DNA of 64,000 nt, from assembly GCA_963714975.1 (NCBI GenBank), contig CAVQQD010000002.1, forward strand, positions 192,001 through 256,000. Direction: 5' to 3'. How positions within the stretch are numbered: position 1 is the first letter of the stretch; each line of letters opens with the position of its first letter. Below the pieces are notes generated by a model. It was not told the origin of the DNA, ran no database searches, and worked only from the letters and a program-made list of their open reading frames with translations. Of this stretch, positions 34,113 to 46,800 are shown in pieces. This stretch comes from an uncultured Gammaproteobacteria bacterium (GTDB lineage: Bacteria; Pseudomonadota; Gammaproteobacteria; JAURND01). A program made the position numbers and the translations under genes.

Positions 34113-35660
34113 CAATGGCACTACCTTAAGCCACAGAATATTTTAAAATCCTTTTATTTATTTTACGTAGCAATTTTTCTTTTTCGATTGCTCTGTTTCT
34201 CTTCAAGGCTGGAAATGGTTTCGGTCTTTGCTTGACTAGCCTGGGCTCCACCCTATCTGGTCTATTTCCAACTTTGTTTTGCACAATTAATTTTAACATC
34301 TCAATATACATTTTATGGTTGCTCACCTGATTTGAGCTTATAAAATAAGGAATAAATTCATTTAGTAGCTGCACACTTCCCTTAAAGCTTATTTCCCATG
34401 GATTAACGCCATACTCATAACAAGCTTTTGCTATAATTATTCTGATAAAATTATATGCTAATAAATGAATTCCTATTTCTTTTCTAACCATTTCTGGTGT
34501 TTTGCACGATAACATATCCATATTCATGATACTTTTAATACTTCGCAAATTAAGCTCCACCTCCCACCTTCGCTTATATATTTGGGCAAGCTCTGCTTTG
34601 TGGTATTTTTTGTCTAAAAATGTTGTAACGTATATGTGGCCTGATACTTTAAATTCCCGTATGGAAATTTGATCGGGGTATGCCTCATATTGCTTTTGTG
34701 TCATCCATTCCGGTTTCTGTGGTTTCTCCCAGTTGACAATGTGATCATTTTTACCCAATTTTTGTCCCATTCTAAAATCATAATTCCTTTGACTTTGTCC
34801 GCGAAAAACACCATCAGCTCCTATTTTTTTTAAGTCCGCCATAAGAAAAAAATTGGGGTAATAACGGTCACCCAGCACAATATCGTCGGCTTTAATGCAG
34901 TTTATAATTTCTCTTAATAATGAGATTTCTCCTGTGCCCTTTCCTTTGTGAGCCCCTATTGCATAATCTATTACGGTTCCCCGCGTCAGTGACATAACGG
35001 CTACTATTCGCGCCATAGGAAATCCAGCCCCTTTTTTCTGATTACCATGCTGAGGAAATTTTTTTTGATTAGCTTTTGTATCCGACATTTTGACGGTAGA
35101 TCCATCAAATGCTTTTAATTCTCGGCCATAGACTTTCCATCTCATTGGAATAGATTTCAAAGGGAAAGCTCCAGATTCTTTAACTAATGCCTTCACAGTA
35201 TCTTCAGGCAATCGCTTTCTGGCCTTACAATAGGGGCCAGTATTTGAGCTTATTTTATTCTGCTTCTTTTTTTTACTATGCAGCTGCTCCACAACAACAC
35301 CAGCAACCGCTTTTTTGCAGGATTTATCTGGATTTAAAACTTGTTTAATAAACGTAAATAAGGTTTTGGTGGGGCTATATATCCGGTCACGATATTCCCG
35401 GCACTCTCTAAGTATCTTCTGACATTTTTCTGAATTCAATAGGTTTAACAGGAAAATGTGGTGCACCATCAGCCAATTCTTGTCTTTTATTTTTAACTTG
35501 CTTAATTTTATTTTTCTTTTTAAAATTCACAGATCAGTTTCCTTTTTTTATTATTGTGTGTTTGCTACAACAATAATATTAAATTTGGAAACTGATTTCA
35601 TCTTTTTTCATCTAAATCATAGGCTTATATTCATCTTTGCTCCTTAAGGTAGTGCCATTG
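34113..35660 (-). mobile_element. IS4-family insertion sequence, copy 1
   Basis: 18-bp TIR CAATGGCACTACCTTAAG / CTTAAGGTAGTGCCATTG; 10-bp target duplication GACTATGCTT (34103-34112, 35661-35670). Confidence 0.93.
34126..35530 (-). CDS. IS4-family DDE transposase (copy 1; likely GTG start at 35530, 2-bp indel near 35460)
   Basis: FDGS, GDRYY, YKRRWEVE...K (YREK-type) motifs; comparison with copy 2 restores the N-terminus. Confidence 0.9.
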
Positions 35661-35725
35661 GACTATGCTTAATAAACTGGAGAATCATATACCAGAATCG
35701 CAACGATTGACTGGCGGGCAGTGTT

Positions 35726-38700
35726 ATGGAGGATTACAATGTATTATTACCAATTTCAGAATATCAAAAACGATTCTTCTTGGAATGGGCTTTAGCCCCA
35801 AAGTCAAGCACCTATAATACATCCTTATGTTTCAAAATTACTGGAAAACTAAATAAACAAGCTTTAATTCAAGCATGTGATCTTTATATTAAAACAAATC
35901 CCATAGCAAGAGCCAAATTTAATGAAAGCGGAAATGAATGCTATCCCTCTAGCTATGAAATAAGTGATATTTATCATGAATTAGTCTTAGACTTCAACAA
36001 AAGTCTTAGATCAAAAATAAAACTCCTCTTAAAAAAATCATTTGATTTAACCAAGGGTAAATTATTACAATTTTACTTACTATCAGATGTACAGTTTCCT
36101 AATGAATATTATTTTATAATTCGAGCTCATCATATCATCTTTGATGGATCCATGAGCTTCATTATTCAAAAAGAATCTAGCATTATTGTATAACAATCTT
36201 ATTGAGAAAAACATAGACATTTCACATCTAGACTCATTAGGGAAAAATCATTTAATTCAACTCAATCAATTAATAGAGATTGAAAAAAACTATTTTAGTC
36301 AAGAATATTTTAAAGAAGCAAAAAAATTTTGGTTAGATTTTATATCTGACATCCCCTTGAATGTTCAACTACCTTATAAACCTGATTTTTTGATCAAAGA
36401 TTTAAATAATAAATTAGGAAATATTCATGGGAAAAACATTGATTGTAAATTAGATAGTGAGCAAACAGTCTTACTTAAACAGTATGCAAAGAACAACAAA
36501 GTTACTCTATTCTTATTGATCGCAGCTATATATGGTGTAATAGTTTCCAAGTATTCCAATCAGAATAAAATACTAATTAATTATCCTGTCAATATGCGAC
36601 CACCAGGCTACAAGGAAATTCCTGGATGTTTTATAAATAACACCCTATTAAAAACAGAACTAGATAACTTCGAAAGTTTTGAAGATTTAATCAAGAGCCT
36701 AGCAAGTCAACGAAAAAAAGTGATCAAACACCAAGGTTATTTATTAACCAATATTTTGTATGATCAACAATTAGCTAATGAAATTAATATAGATAATTAT
36801 TTCAATGTTAGTCTTGTCCGTACAAATTTGAGCGCAATTAATCTACTCAGCTTAAAAAACGTAGAAGTAGATGCTCTAGATATACCTTGGAGAACCAATG
36901 CAATTTACGAACTTGAATTGCTATATGATGATAGCGAACTGAAACAACTAAAATTTAGATTTAGTTATCGCTCAGCTTTATTTGACTCTAAAATCAATGG
37001 CACTACCTTAAGCCACAGAATATTTTAAAATCCTTTTATTTATTTTACGTAGCAATTTTTCTTTTTCGATTGCTCTGTTTCTCTTCAAGGCTGGAAATGG
37101 TTTCGGTCTTTGCTTGACTAGCCTGGGCTCCACCCTATCTGGTCTATTTCCAACTTTGTTTTGCACAATTAATTTTAACATCTCAATATACATTTTATGG
37201 TTGCTCACCTGATTTGAGCTTATAAAATAAGGAATAAATTCATTTAGTAGCTGCACACTTCCCTTAAAGCTTATTTCCCATGGATTAACGCCATACTCAT
37301 AACAAGCTTTTGCTATAATTATTCTGATAAAATTATATGCTAATAAATGAATTCCTATTTCTTTTCTAACCATTTCTGGTGTTTTGCACGATAACATATC
37401 CATATTCATGATACTTTTAATACTTCGCAAATTAAGCTCCACCTCCCACCTTCGCTTATATATTGGGCAAGCTCTGCTTTGTGGTATTTTTTGTCTAAAA
37501 ATGTTGTAACGTATATGTGGCCTGATACTTTAAATTCCCGTATGGAAATTTGATCGGGGTATGCCTCATATTGCTTTTGTGTCATCCATTCCGGTTTCTG
37601 TGGTTTCTCCCAGTTGACAATGTGATCATTTTTACCCAATTTTTGTCCCATTCTAAAATCATAATTCCTTTGACTTTGTCCGCGAAAAACACCATCAGCT
37701 CCTATTTTTTTTAAGTCCGCCATAAGAAAAAAATTGGGGTAATAACGGTCACCCAGCACAATATCGTCGGCTTTAATGCAGTTTATAATTTCTCTTAATA
37801 ATGAGATTTCTCCTGTGCCCTTTCCTTTGTGAGCCCCTATTGCATAATCTATTACGGTTCCCCGCGTCAGTGACATAACGGCTACTAATTCGCGCCATAG
37901 GAAATCCAGCCCCTTTTTTCTGATTACCATGCTGAGGAAATTTTTTTTGATTAGCTTTTGTATCCGACATTTTGACGGTAGATCCATCAAATGCTTTTAA
38001 TTCTCGGCCATAGACTTTCCATCTCATTGGAATAGATTTTCAAAGGGAAAGCTCCAGATTCTTTAACTAATGCCTTCACAGTATCTTCAGGCAATCGCTT
38101 TCTGGCCTTACAATAGGGGCCAGTATTTGAGCTTATTTTATTCTGCTTCTTTTTTTTACTATGCAGCTGCTCCACAACAACACCAGCAACCACTTTTTTG
38201 CAGGATTTATCTGGATTTAAAACTTGTTTAATAAACGTAAATAAGGTTTTGGTGGGGCTAATATATCCGGTCACGATATTCCCGGCACTCTCTAAGTATC
38301 TTCTGACATTTTTCTGAATTCAATAGGTTTAACAGGAAAATGTCTGGTGCACCATCAGCCAATTCTTGTCTTTTATTTTTAACTTGCTTAATTTTATTTT
38401 TCTTTTTAAAATTCACAGATCAGTTTCCTTTTTTTATTATTGTGTGTTTGCTACAACAATAATATTAAATTTGGAAACTGATTTCATCTTTTTTCATCTA
38501 AATCATAGGCTTATATTCATCTTTGCTCCTTAAGGTAGTGCCATTGGACTCTAAAATAATTAATTTTCTCATAGAATCATTCTTAGAATTTATTAAAAAA
38601 ATAACTATCAAAGTTAAAAATGAAGAAAACACAAGAATACTATTAGGAAACTTTTATCTTTTAAGCGATTTAACTTATAATCAAACTATAAAAAAATGGA

Positions 38701-41700
38701 ATAACACAGAAAATAATTATTCAACAAAAAAAAGTATTCTCCAACTATTTGAAGAACAAACTAAAAAAATTCCTACACAAATCGCTGTAGTAAGCCAAGG
38801 AATAAAACTTAGTTACCACGAGCTTAATGTACAGGCTAATCAGCTAGCACATTTTTTACAGCAGAAATATTCATTACAGGGAGATGACTTAATTGCCATA
38901 TGCCTAGACCGAAGCGAACAAATACTAATAGCAATATTGGCTGTTTTAAAAGCTGGAGCCGCATATGTACCATTGGATCCAAATAATCCAGACAAACGGA
39001 TCAGTTACATTTTACAGGATACCGAGGCCAAAGCTATATTGGCAAATAGCCCATACCAGAAGAAGTTAGTCGAAATAATAAATTATCATCAATTGAACAT
39101 TTCACTTGAAATTATTGACAGCACTGAATTAAAAAATAAGTTAAAAATTTACCCGCCAACTAATGTTCCATCTAATATTCTCAGTAACAATTTAGCGTAT
39201 ATAATTTATACCAGTGGCACAACAGGTACACCCAAAGGAGTAATGATTGAACATTCTAGCCTTATTAACTACACTTTAGATATCAGCCAAAGATTTAATG
39301 TTGAAAACAATGAATCTGCAATATTGATTTCCGAGTATATTTTCGATTTGGGAAATACCACTTTATTCCCTATTTTAATTAATGGTGGCACTATTCATAT
39401 TCCTAGTAAAGAACAGGCAACAAGCCATCAATTCATATTTAATTACATTAATTATAATGATATAAATTGGATTAAATGCACTCCTCTATATTTTGAGTTT
39501 GTCATATTGAACTTAGATTACACTCTCACTACTTCGTTTAAAAAAATAATTTTAGGAGGAGAAATTTGCAGCAATTCTTTAAAAGAATATTTAACAAATC
39601 AAACCAACGTGCAAGTTTTTAATCATTATGGGCCTACTGAGACCACAATCGGCTGCATCTGTAACACAGACTTCAAACATGGATATAATAATATTATTGG
39701 TAAACCGCTTGCAAACACCGTTGTATTTATTTTAGATAAATTTTTAAATATACTGCCGATTGGCGCAATGGGAGAACTCTATATTGGTGGCGCAGGCCTA
39801 GCACGTGGTTATTTAAATTTAACTGATTTAACTCTAGAAAAATTCATAAAAAATCCTTTTCAAACAGAAATAGAAAAACAAACAGGAAAAAATTCTCTCC
39901 TATACAAAACTGGGGATTTAGCCCGTTATTTACCTGATGGTTCTATTCAATATCTTGGTAGAAATGACCTCCAGGTCAAAGTCCGCGGCTTCCGCATTGA
40001 GCTAGGTGAGATTGAAAATCAACTTGTAAAATATCCAAGAATAAAGCAAGTAATTGTATTGGCTAGAGAACATCACGAGAATAAAACCCATTATCTAGTT
40101 GGTTATTATGTAGCGGATAATCGATTAAATGAAAACAAAATTCTTGAATACCTTTCTGCGCAATTACCAGACTACATGGTACCAAATATTCTAGTTTTCT
40201 TAGACAAACTACCTTTAACGATTAACGGTAAATTAGACAGAAAGGCATTGCCAGATCCAGAATTTAACAAAACAACTGAATATATACCGCCGCGTAATGA
40301 TTTAGAACGAAAAATTTGCGAAATGTACGCTGAAGTATTAGGTTTATCCGAAGAATCCATTGGGATCCATGACAACTTCTTTCGCCTAGGTGGTAACAGC
40401 ATTTTGGCTATAAAACTAGTTAGTCAAATGAATAAAATTATTTTCAGTGATCCTACATTTCATTTACCTCCCATTCAAGTAATAGAGATTTTTAAACATA
40501 AAAGAATTTTAGATTTATTGGACAGTATATTAAGTGAAGATGATAGAGAAACCATAATCATACCTAAAATTCAATATACCAAAAATCAAATAGAACAAGA
40601 AGAAAATAAAATTGCAAGCTTATCTTTTGCTCAAGAGCGCTTGTGGTTCATTGAAAATTATGAAGGTGGGACCAATGCTTATAATATACCTATACTAAGA
40701 AAATTATTACCCAATGTAAATATAAAATTATTGGAATTTGCGTTACATGAAGTTGTTGCTCGTCAAGAAATTTTACATAGTCTAATAAAAACAGATGATC
40801 AAGGGAATGGTTACCAGGAAGTAATGGATTTATCAATATTCCCATTCACCATAATCCATTATATTTTCTCACACGCTGAAGAACGAAAAATTTATATTGC
40901 TGGGGAAATAAATCATATCTTTAGTTTAGATAAGGAGTATCCCATTCGAATTCATCTTTTGAGGCAAAAAGATACAGAGGAAGAATATTTATTGATTGTA
41001 GCACACCATGTTTCATTTGATGGTTGGTCGATTCCTATATTTATTCACAATGTACAAGAATATTATAACTATAATTTAGCGCTAGAAACTGGTGATAACA
41101 ATCATGCTAATGCAATAAAATTAGCCATACCTGAGTTAACCATTCAATATAGAGATTTTGCCATTTGGCAAAAGAATTATTTAACTGGAGAGCGCCTGAC
41201 ACATCAACTAAAATACTGGAAAAATAAACTCATTGATTATGAAGGTTTACACTTACCTACGGATAAACCAAGACCACCGAAAATTAGCTATGTGGGACGC
41301 GATGTTCATTTTAGCATTGATCTCAACATCAGCAACCAATTAAGAGCGCTGGCAAAAGAAAAAGGGGTCAGTTTATATTGTGTATTATTAGCTGGATTTA
41401 ATTTGCTGTTACGGAGTTACAGCAATCAAGACGACATTGTCATCGGTACGCCCATTGCGAATCGACATCACCAGCAACTCGAAGATCTAATCGGTTTTTT
41501 TGTTAATAGCTTGGCTTTGCGAAGCCAAATAAATTCAGAACAACCCTTAAACGATTACATAACAGGAGTCGGACATGATGTGATTGAAGCACAACTGCAT
41601 CAAGATCTTCCATTTGAAAGGTTAGTCGAAGAATTGAAAATTCCCAAAGATCTTAGCCGTCACCCAGTATTTCAGGTAATGTTTGGTGTACAAAGTTTTT

Positions 41701-43814
41701 TTGCGACCACAACAGCCACATTGTTCGAAGCTGCTGCTTTAGAACTGGATTACTCCGTAGCAAAATTTGATTTAAGTGTTTTTGTCGATGACAGCCAAGA
41801 CGAATTATTTGGAGTATTTAATTATGCTGAAGGTTTATTTAAAAAAGAAACTATTACTCTGCTCCTTGCAACTTATCAGCGTATTTTATTCCAATTAGCA
41901 TACGAACCATTTATATTAATAAAAAATTTAAATTACCTTGATAAAACGAGTTACCAAAAAATTATTTATGCCTGGAATCAAACCGAGAAAGAGTACCCTG
42001 ACAATAAAACAATTCATCAATTATTCGAAGCACAAGTGGAAAGAACTCCTGAGCATATTGCTGTAGTATATAAAAATACCCAACTCAGCTATCGTGATCT
42101 TAATGCCAAAGCCAATCAATTGGCTCACTACCTAAGGCACAAATATCCAATTCAAGGCGATGACTTAATTGCTTTGTGTTTAGAGCGCAATGAACTGATA
42201 CTCACTAGCATCTTAGCTGTACTAAAAACTGGGGCTGCATATGTGCCAATTGATCCAGATTACCCTGACGAAAGAATCAACTATATTTTGGCAGATACAG
42301 CTACGCATTTGATCTTAACCAATGAAAATTCGCAAATGAAGCTAAGTGCCATTATAAACCATCATTCCTTACAAACACGAGTAGAGGCTATTGATAGCCA
42401 TGAGTTACAAAATAACCTAAATGCTTTTCAAGAAAACAATCTAGAACAACATATTAATAGTAATAATCTAGCTTATGTAATTTTCACTAGTGGCACTACT
42501 GGCAATCCTAAAGGAGTAATGATTGAACATAGGAGTGCTGTTAATACGATAACAGCTTTATCTGATATTTATTCTGTGTCAAGCTCAAATGAGACAACTG
42601 AGTTTACATCTTATGTATTTGACGTTTCGGTAGTTGAATCATTTGTTACTTTGATCAATGGTGCAAGGCTTCATTTATTATCAGAGGAAACTAAAAATGA
42701 TATTAAACAATTAAGTCAGTATCTTTTAGTTAACAAAATTAATGTTTGTTATCTACCACCTGCCTTATTATCACATCTCGACAAAATAGAGTATCCTAAT
42801 TTAAATAAAATATTTTATGCAGGGGAATCCTGTGATTTAACCACCGGCCGTTATTGGTCGAATGCCAAATTATTATTTAATTATTATGGACCAACTGAAA
42901 CAGCTATCTATGCGCTAGGTAAGCAAGTTATAAATAATGATGTCAATTTAATCGGACGCCCAATAACGAATACAACAACCTATATTCTTAACTCTAATCT
43001 TAATCCATTACCTCTAGGTGCAGTAGGTGAACTATATATTGGTGGTGCTGGTGTAGCACGTGGTTATTTGAATCTTCCCGATTTAACTACCACACGCTTT
43101 ATCATCAATCCGTTTCAAACGGAAGAAGAGAAAAAATTGGGGGGAAATGCTCGTCTTTACAAGACCGGTGATTTAGTGCGTTATTTACCCGATGGCAATC
43201 TTGAGTATATTGGTAGAAATGATTTTCAAGTTAAAATCCGCGGTTTTAGAATTGAGCTGGGTGAAATTGAAAATAAATTAATAGTCTATCCAGAAATAAA
43301 ACAAGCGGTGGTATTAGTTAAGGAGCATCAAACAAACAAAGAAAAATACCTCGTTGGCTACTATGTTTCAGAAAAATCCTTAGCACAGGATAGTATTCTA
43401 GATTACCTTCGCAGTCAATTACCGGACTATCTGGTTCCCAGCATTTTAGTTTGGTTAGAAAAATTTCCCTTAACCATCAATGGCAAATTAGATCGAAATG
43501 CATTACCTGATCCTGAATTCAGTCAAATCTCCAAATACGTTTCACCCCGCAATGATCTGGAACGTAAAGTTTGCGAACTGTATGCAGAAATACTAGGTAT
43601 TCCCACAATAGATGTGGGCATACAAGATAATTTTTTTCAATTAGGAGGGAATTCTATATTGGCAATTAAACTCGTAAATATAATAAAAAATGAATTAGGG
43701 ACAAAAATTCATTTGAAGGTAAGCGACATTTTTCAATACAAAACAATATCTAGTTTAGTCGAGAAATTATTCGAAGCTCCTTCAACCACTATTTACGATG
43801 AGGGAGAAATTTAG
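35726..43814 (+). pseudogene. NRPS 1 (Cstarter-A-T-C-A-T, ~2170 aa when reconstituted), interrupted by IS copy 2
   Basis: HHIIFDG starter C; removing the IS and one TSD rejoins FDSKI-INFLIES in frame; A domains with YTSGTTG.PKG, T GGNSI, C HHVSFDG; 1-nt indel near 36176. Confidence 0.88.
36995..38546 (-). mobile_element. IS4-family insertion sequence, copy 2 (transposase 37008..38416 with several indels)
   Basis: Same TIRs as copy 1; 11-bp target duplication GACTCTAAAAT (36984-36994, 38547-38557); near-identical to copy 1. Confidence 0.93.
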
Positions 43815-46800
43815 ATGAACGCATTGATCCTCCTATATAGATGTAACAACCAAGGTCTATATTTATACGTAGAAAATGAAAAACTAAAATATAAACAAGT
43901 GACGATTATAAATGAACCTATAAAATCCCAGCTAATGCAATTAATTAAACAACATAAACAAGAATTATTGTCCATATTATTAGATAATAACATTACTAGC
44001 TTTAATTTAGCAGACTATCCAATTATTTATCGAACAAAATCAAAGAAATCATCTTTGTCTTTCGCCCAAAAACGTTTATGGTTTATTGAACAATATGAAG
44101 GCGGAAGCAATGCATACAATATTCCATTACAAAAAAAATTACTAGCACAAACAAATACTCAATTATTGGAACACGCATTATTATCGGTTGTATCCCGTCA
44201 TGAAGTGTTGCACAGTTTAATCAAAAAAAATAGTAAGGGTAATGGCTATCAAAAAGTAATCGATTTAAATAGTTCACCACTCAAGATAGTCCATCATTCA
44301 CTTTCCGATTCTGTCGATCTCAAAAGTTATATTGATACTGCGATCAACCATATTTTTAATTTAAATAGCGAATATCCAATTAAAATTCATCTCTTGGAGC
44401 AACAAGATACCTCAGAAAAATATTTATTAGTTATCGTACATCACATCGCATTTGATGGTTGGTCAATCGATATACTGATGCGTGATTTACATGGTATTTT
44501 CGATCAGAAAATATTACCTGAATTAACCATACAGTATAAAGATTTTGCAGTATGGCAACGGAAATATCTCAGCGGCGAACGTTTAGAGCAGCAATTAAAT
44601 TATTGGAAAAATAAACTTAGTGATTATGCAGGATTATACCTACTCACTGATAAGCCAAGACCTCCAGAAATTAGTTATCTAGGCAACGATATTTATTTTA
44701 GTATTGATCCAAAGACCAGCATTCAATTAAGAGAAATTGCCAAAAAGCGAGGCATTAGTTTATACAGTGTATTATTGGCCGGATTTAATTTGCTATTAAG
44801 AAGCTACAGTAATCAAGATGATATTGTCATCGGCACCCCCATAGCTAATCGTAATTATCGACAACTTGAAAATCTCATCGGATTTTTTGTCAACAGTCTG
44901 GCTCTGCGAAGCCAAATAAATCCTGAGAAAACATTAAATAATTACCTAGAAGAAGTGGGTCGTGATGTCATTGAGGCACAACTGCATCAAGATTTGCCGT
45001 TTGAAAAATTGGTAGAAGAATTGGAAATCCCCAAGGATCCGAGCCGCCATCCCTTATTCCAGATAATGTTTGGGGTGCAAAACTTTGGCAGTACAGATCT
45101 GTCACCTGAATCGCTGTTTGCACCTAGTGTTCGCGAAGTTAATTATGGAATAGCAAAATTTGATTTAACCATCGTTATTGATGATAGCGAAACAGAATTA
45201 CAAGGAGTGTTTAATTATGCGGAGAGTTTATTTAATCAAGAAACGATAAAGGGATTAGTATCCACCTATCAACACATTCTACAACAAGTGGTTAATAAGC
45301 CATCTCTTCCTATAAAATCCTTGAGCTATCTCAGTGTAGCCAGTTATCAGAAAATTATTTATGAATGGAACCAAACTGCCAATGATTATCCTGCTGATAA
45401 AACTATTCAGCAACTATTCGAAGAGCAAGTGGCGCGAACCCCTGAAAATATTGCGGTAGTCTATGAAAATACTCAGCTTACCTATCACGAACTCAATGCT
45501 AAAGCCAACCAACTCGCGCATTATTTACAGCAGACCTATCAGCCGCAAGCAGATGATTTAATTGCGCTATGCTTGGATCGCAATGAACAAATGATTATCA
45601 CTATTTTAGCGGTATTAAAAGCTGGCGCTGCCTATGTTCCCATCGATCCTGGTTATCCGGAGGAACGCATCCATTATATTTTGAAAGATACTGCCACAAA
45701 ACTAGTGCTGGCTAACGCCAACAATTACGATAAATTAATTCATATAATTGAAGGGGTAAGTAATAACCAATTGCCAATCCATACCGAAGCCATCGATAGT
45801 ACGAAGTTTTCCAACAAATTAAATGCTTATCAAGAAACTAATCTCATACTACATATTCATAGTAATAACTTAGCTTATGTCATTTACACCAGTGGCACTA
45901 CTGGGACACCTAAGGGAGTCATGGTTGAGCATACTGCGGTAGCCAGTTTTGCTATTAATAATAATTATATTATTTTAAACAGTGAATCCAATGTTTTGGG
46001 TTATGCTAACTATGTATTTGATGGGAGTATTTTTGATATTTTTGTCACTTTATTAAATGGGGCTAAATTGCATTTAATTAAAACAGAAGATGCTCTTAAT
46101 GTTGATAAATTTTCTGCGAAAATTAATGCCTATAAAATAAATTATATTTTTACCACAACAGCATTATTTCAAAACTATATATTGCTACCAAATAACCCAT
46201 TTTTACTTATACAAAACATTTATTTTTGCGGTGAAAAAGCAAGTACTGATTTAATCTCTACCTTTATCGATCAAACTACGGTTAATCTTACCCATGTATA
46301 CGGTCCAACAGAAAATGTCGTATTTTCTACTTACTGCGTTTTAAATAAAGATAATATAACTATTTCTCCTATCGGCAAACATTTAAATGATAAAACTCTT
46401 TATATCCTTGATACCCAGCTACATCCTGCACCTATTGGCGCAATTGGCGAGTTATATATCGGTGGCGCTGGAGTCGCACGCGGTTATTTAAATCTTCCTG
46501 ATTTAACGGCCGAACGCTTTATCACCAATCCCTTTCAAACAGAGGATGAAAAGAAACTCGAGAAAAATGCTCGTCTATACAAGACCGGTGATTTGGTGCG
46601 TTATCTCCCTGATGGCAATCTTGAATATATCGGCAGAAATGATTTTCAAGTTAAAATCCGTGGCTTTCGAATTGAGCTGGGTGAAATTGAAAATAAATTA
46701 CTAGCCTATCCAGGAATCACACAAGCAGTGGTATTAGCGAGAGAACATGAAGAAACCCAGGGAAAATATTTAGTAGGTTATTATGTTGCGGAAAAATCCT

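Noticed and set aside
35708-35725. ops (RfaH) site before the NRPS (GGCGGGCAGTG)
   Set aside because: It does not match the GGCGGTAG core
38523-38546. TTG at 38523 as the native NRPS1 start
   Set aside because: It lies within the IS end; the native gene starts at 35726
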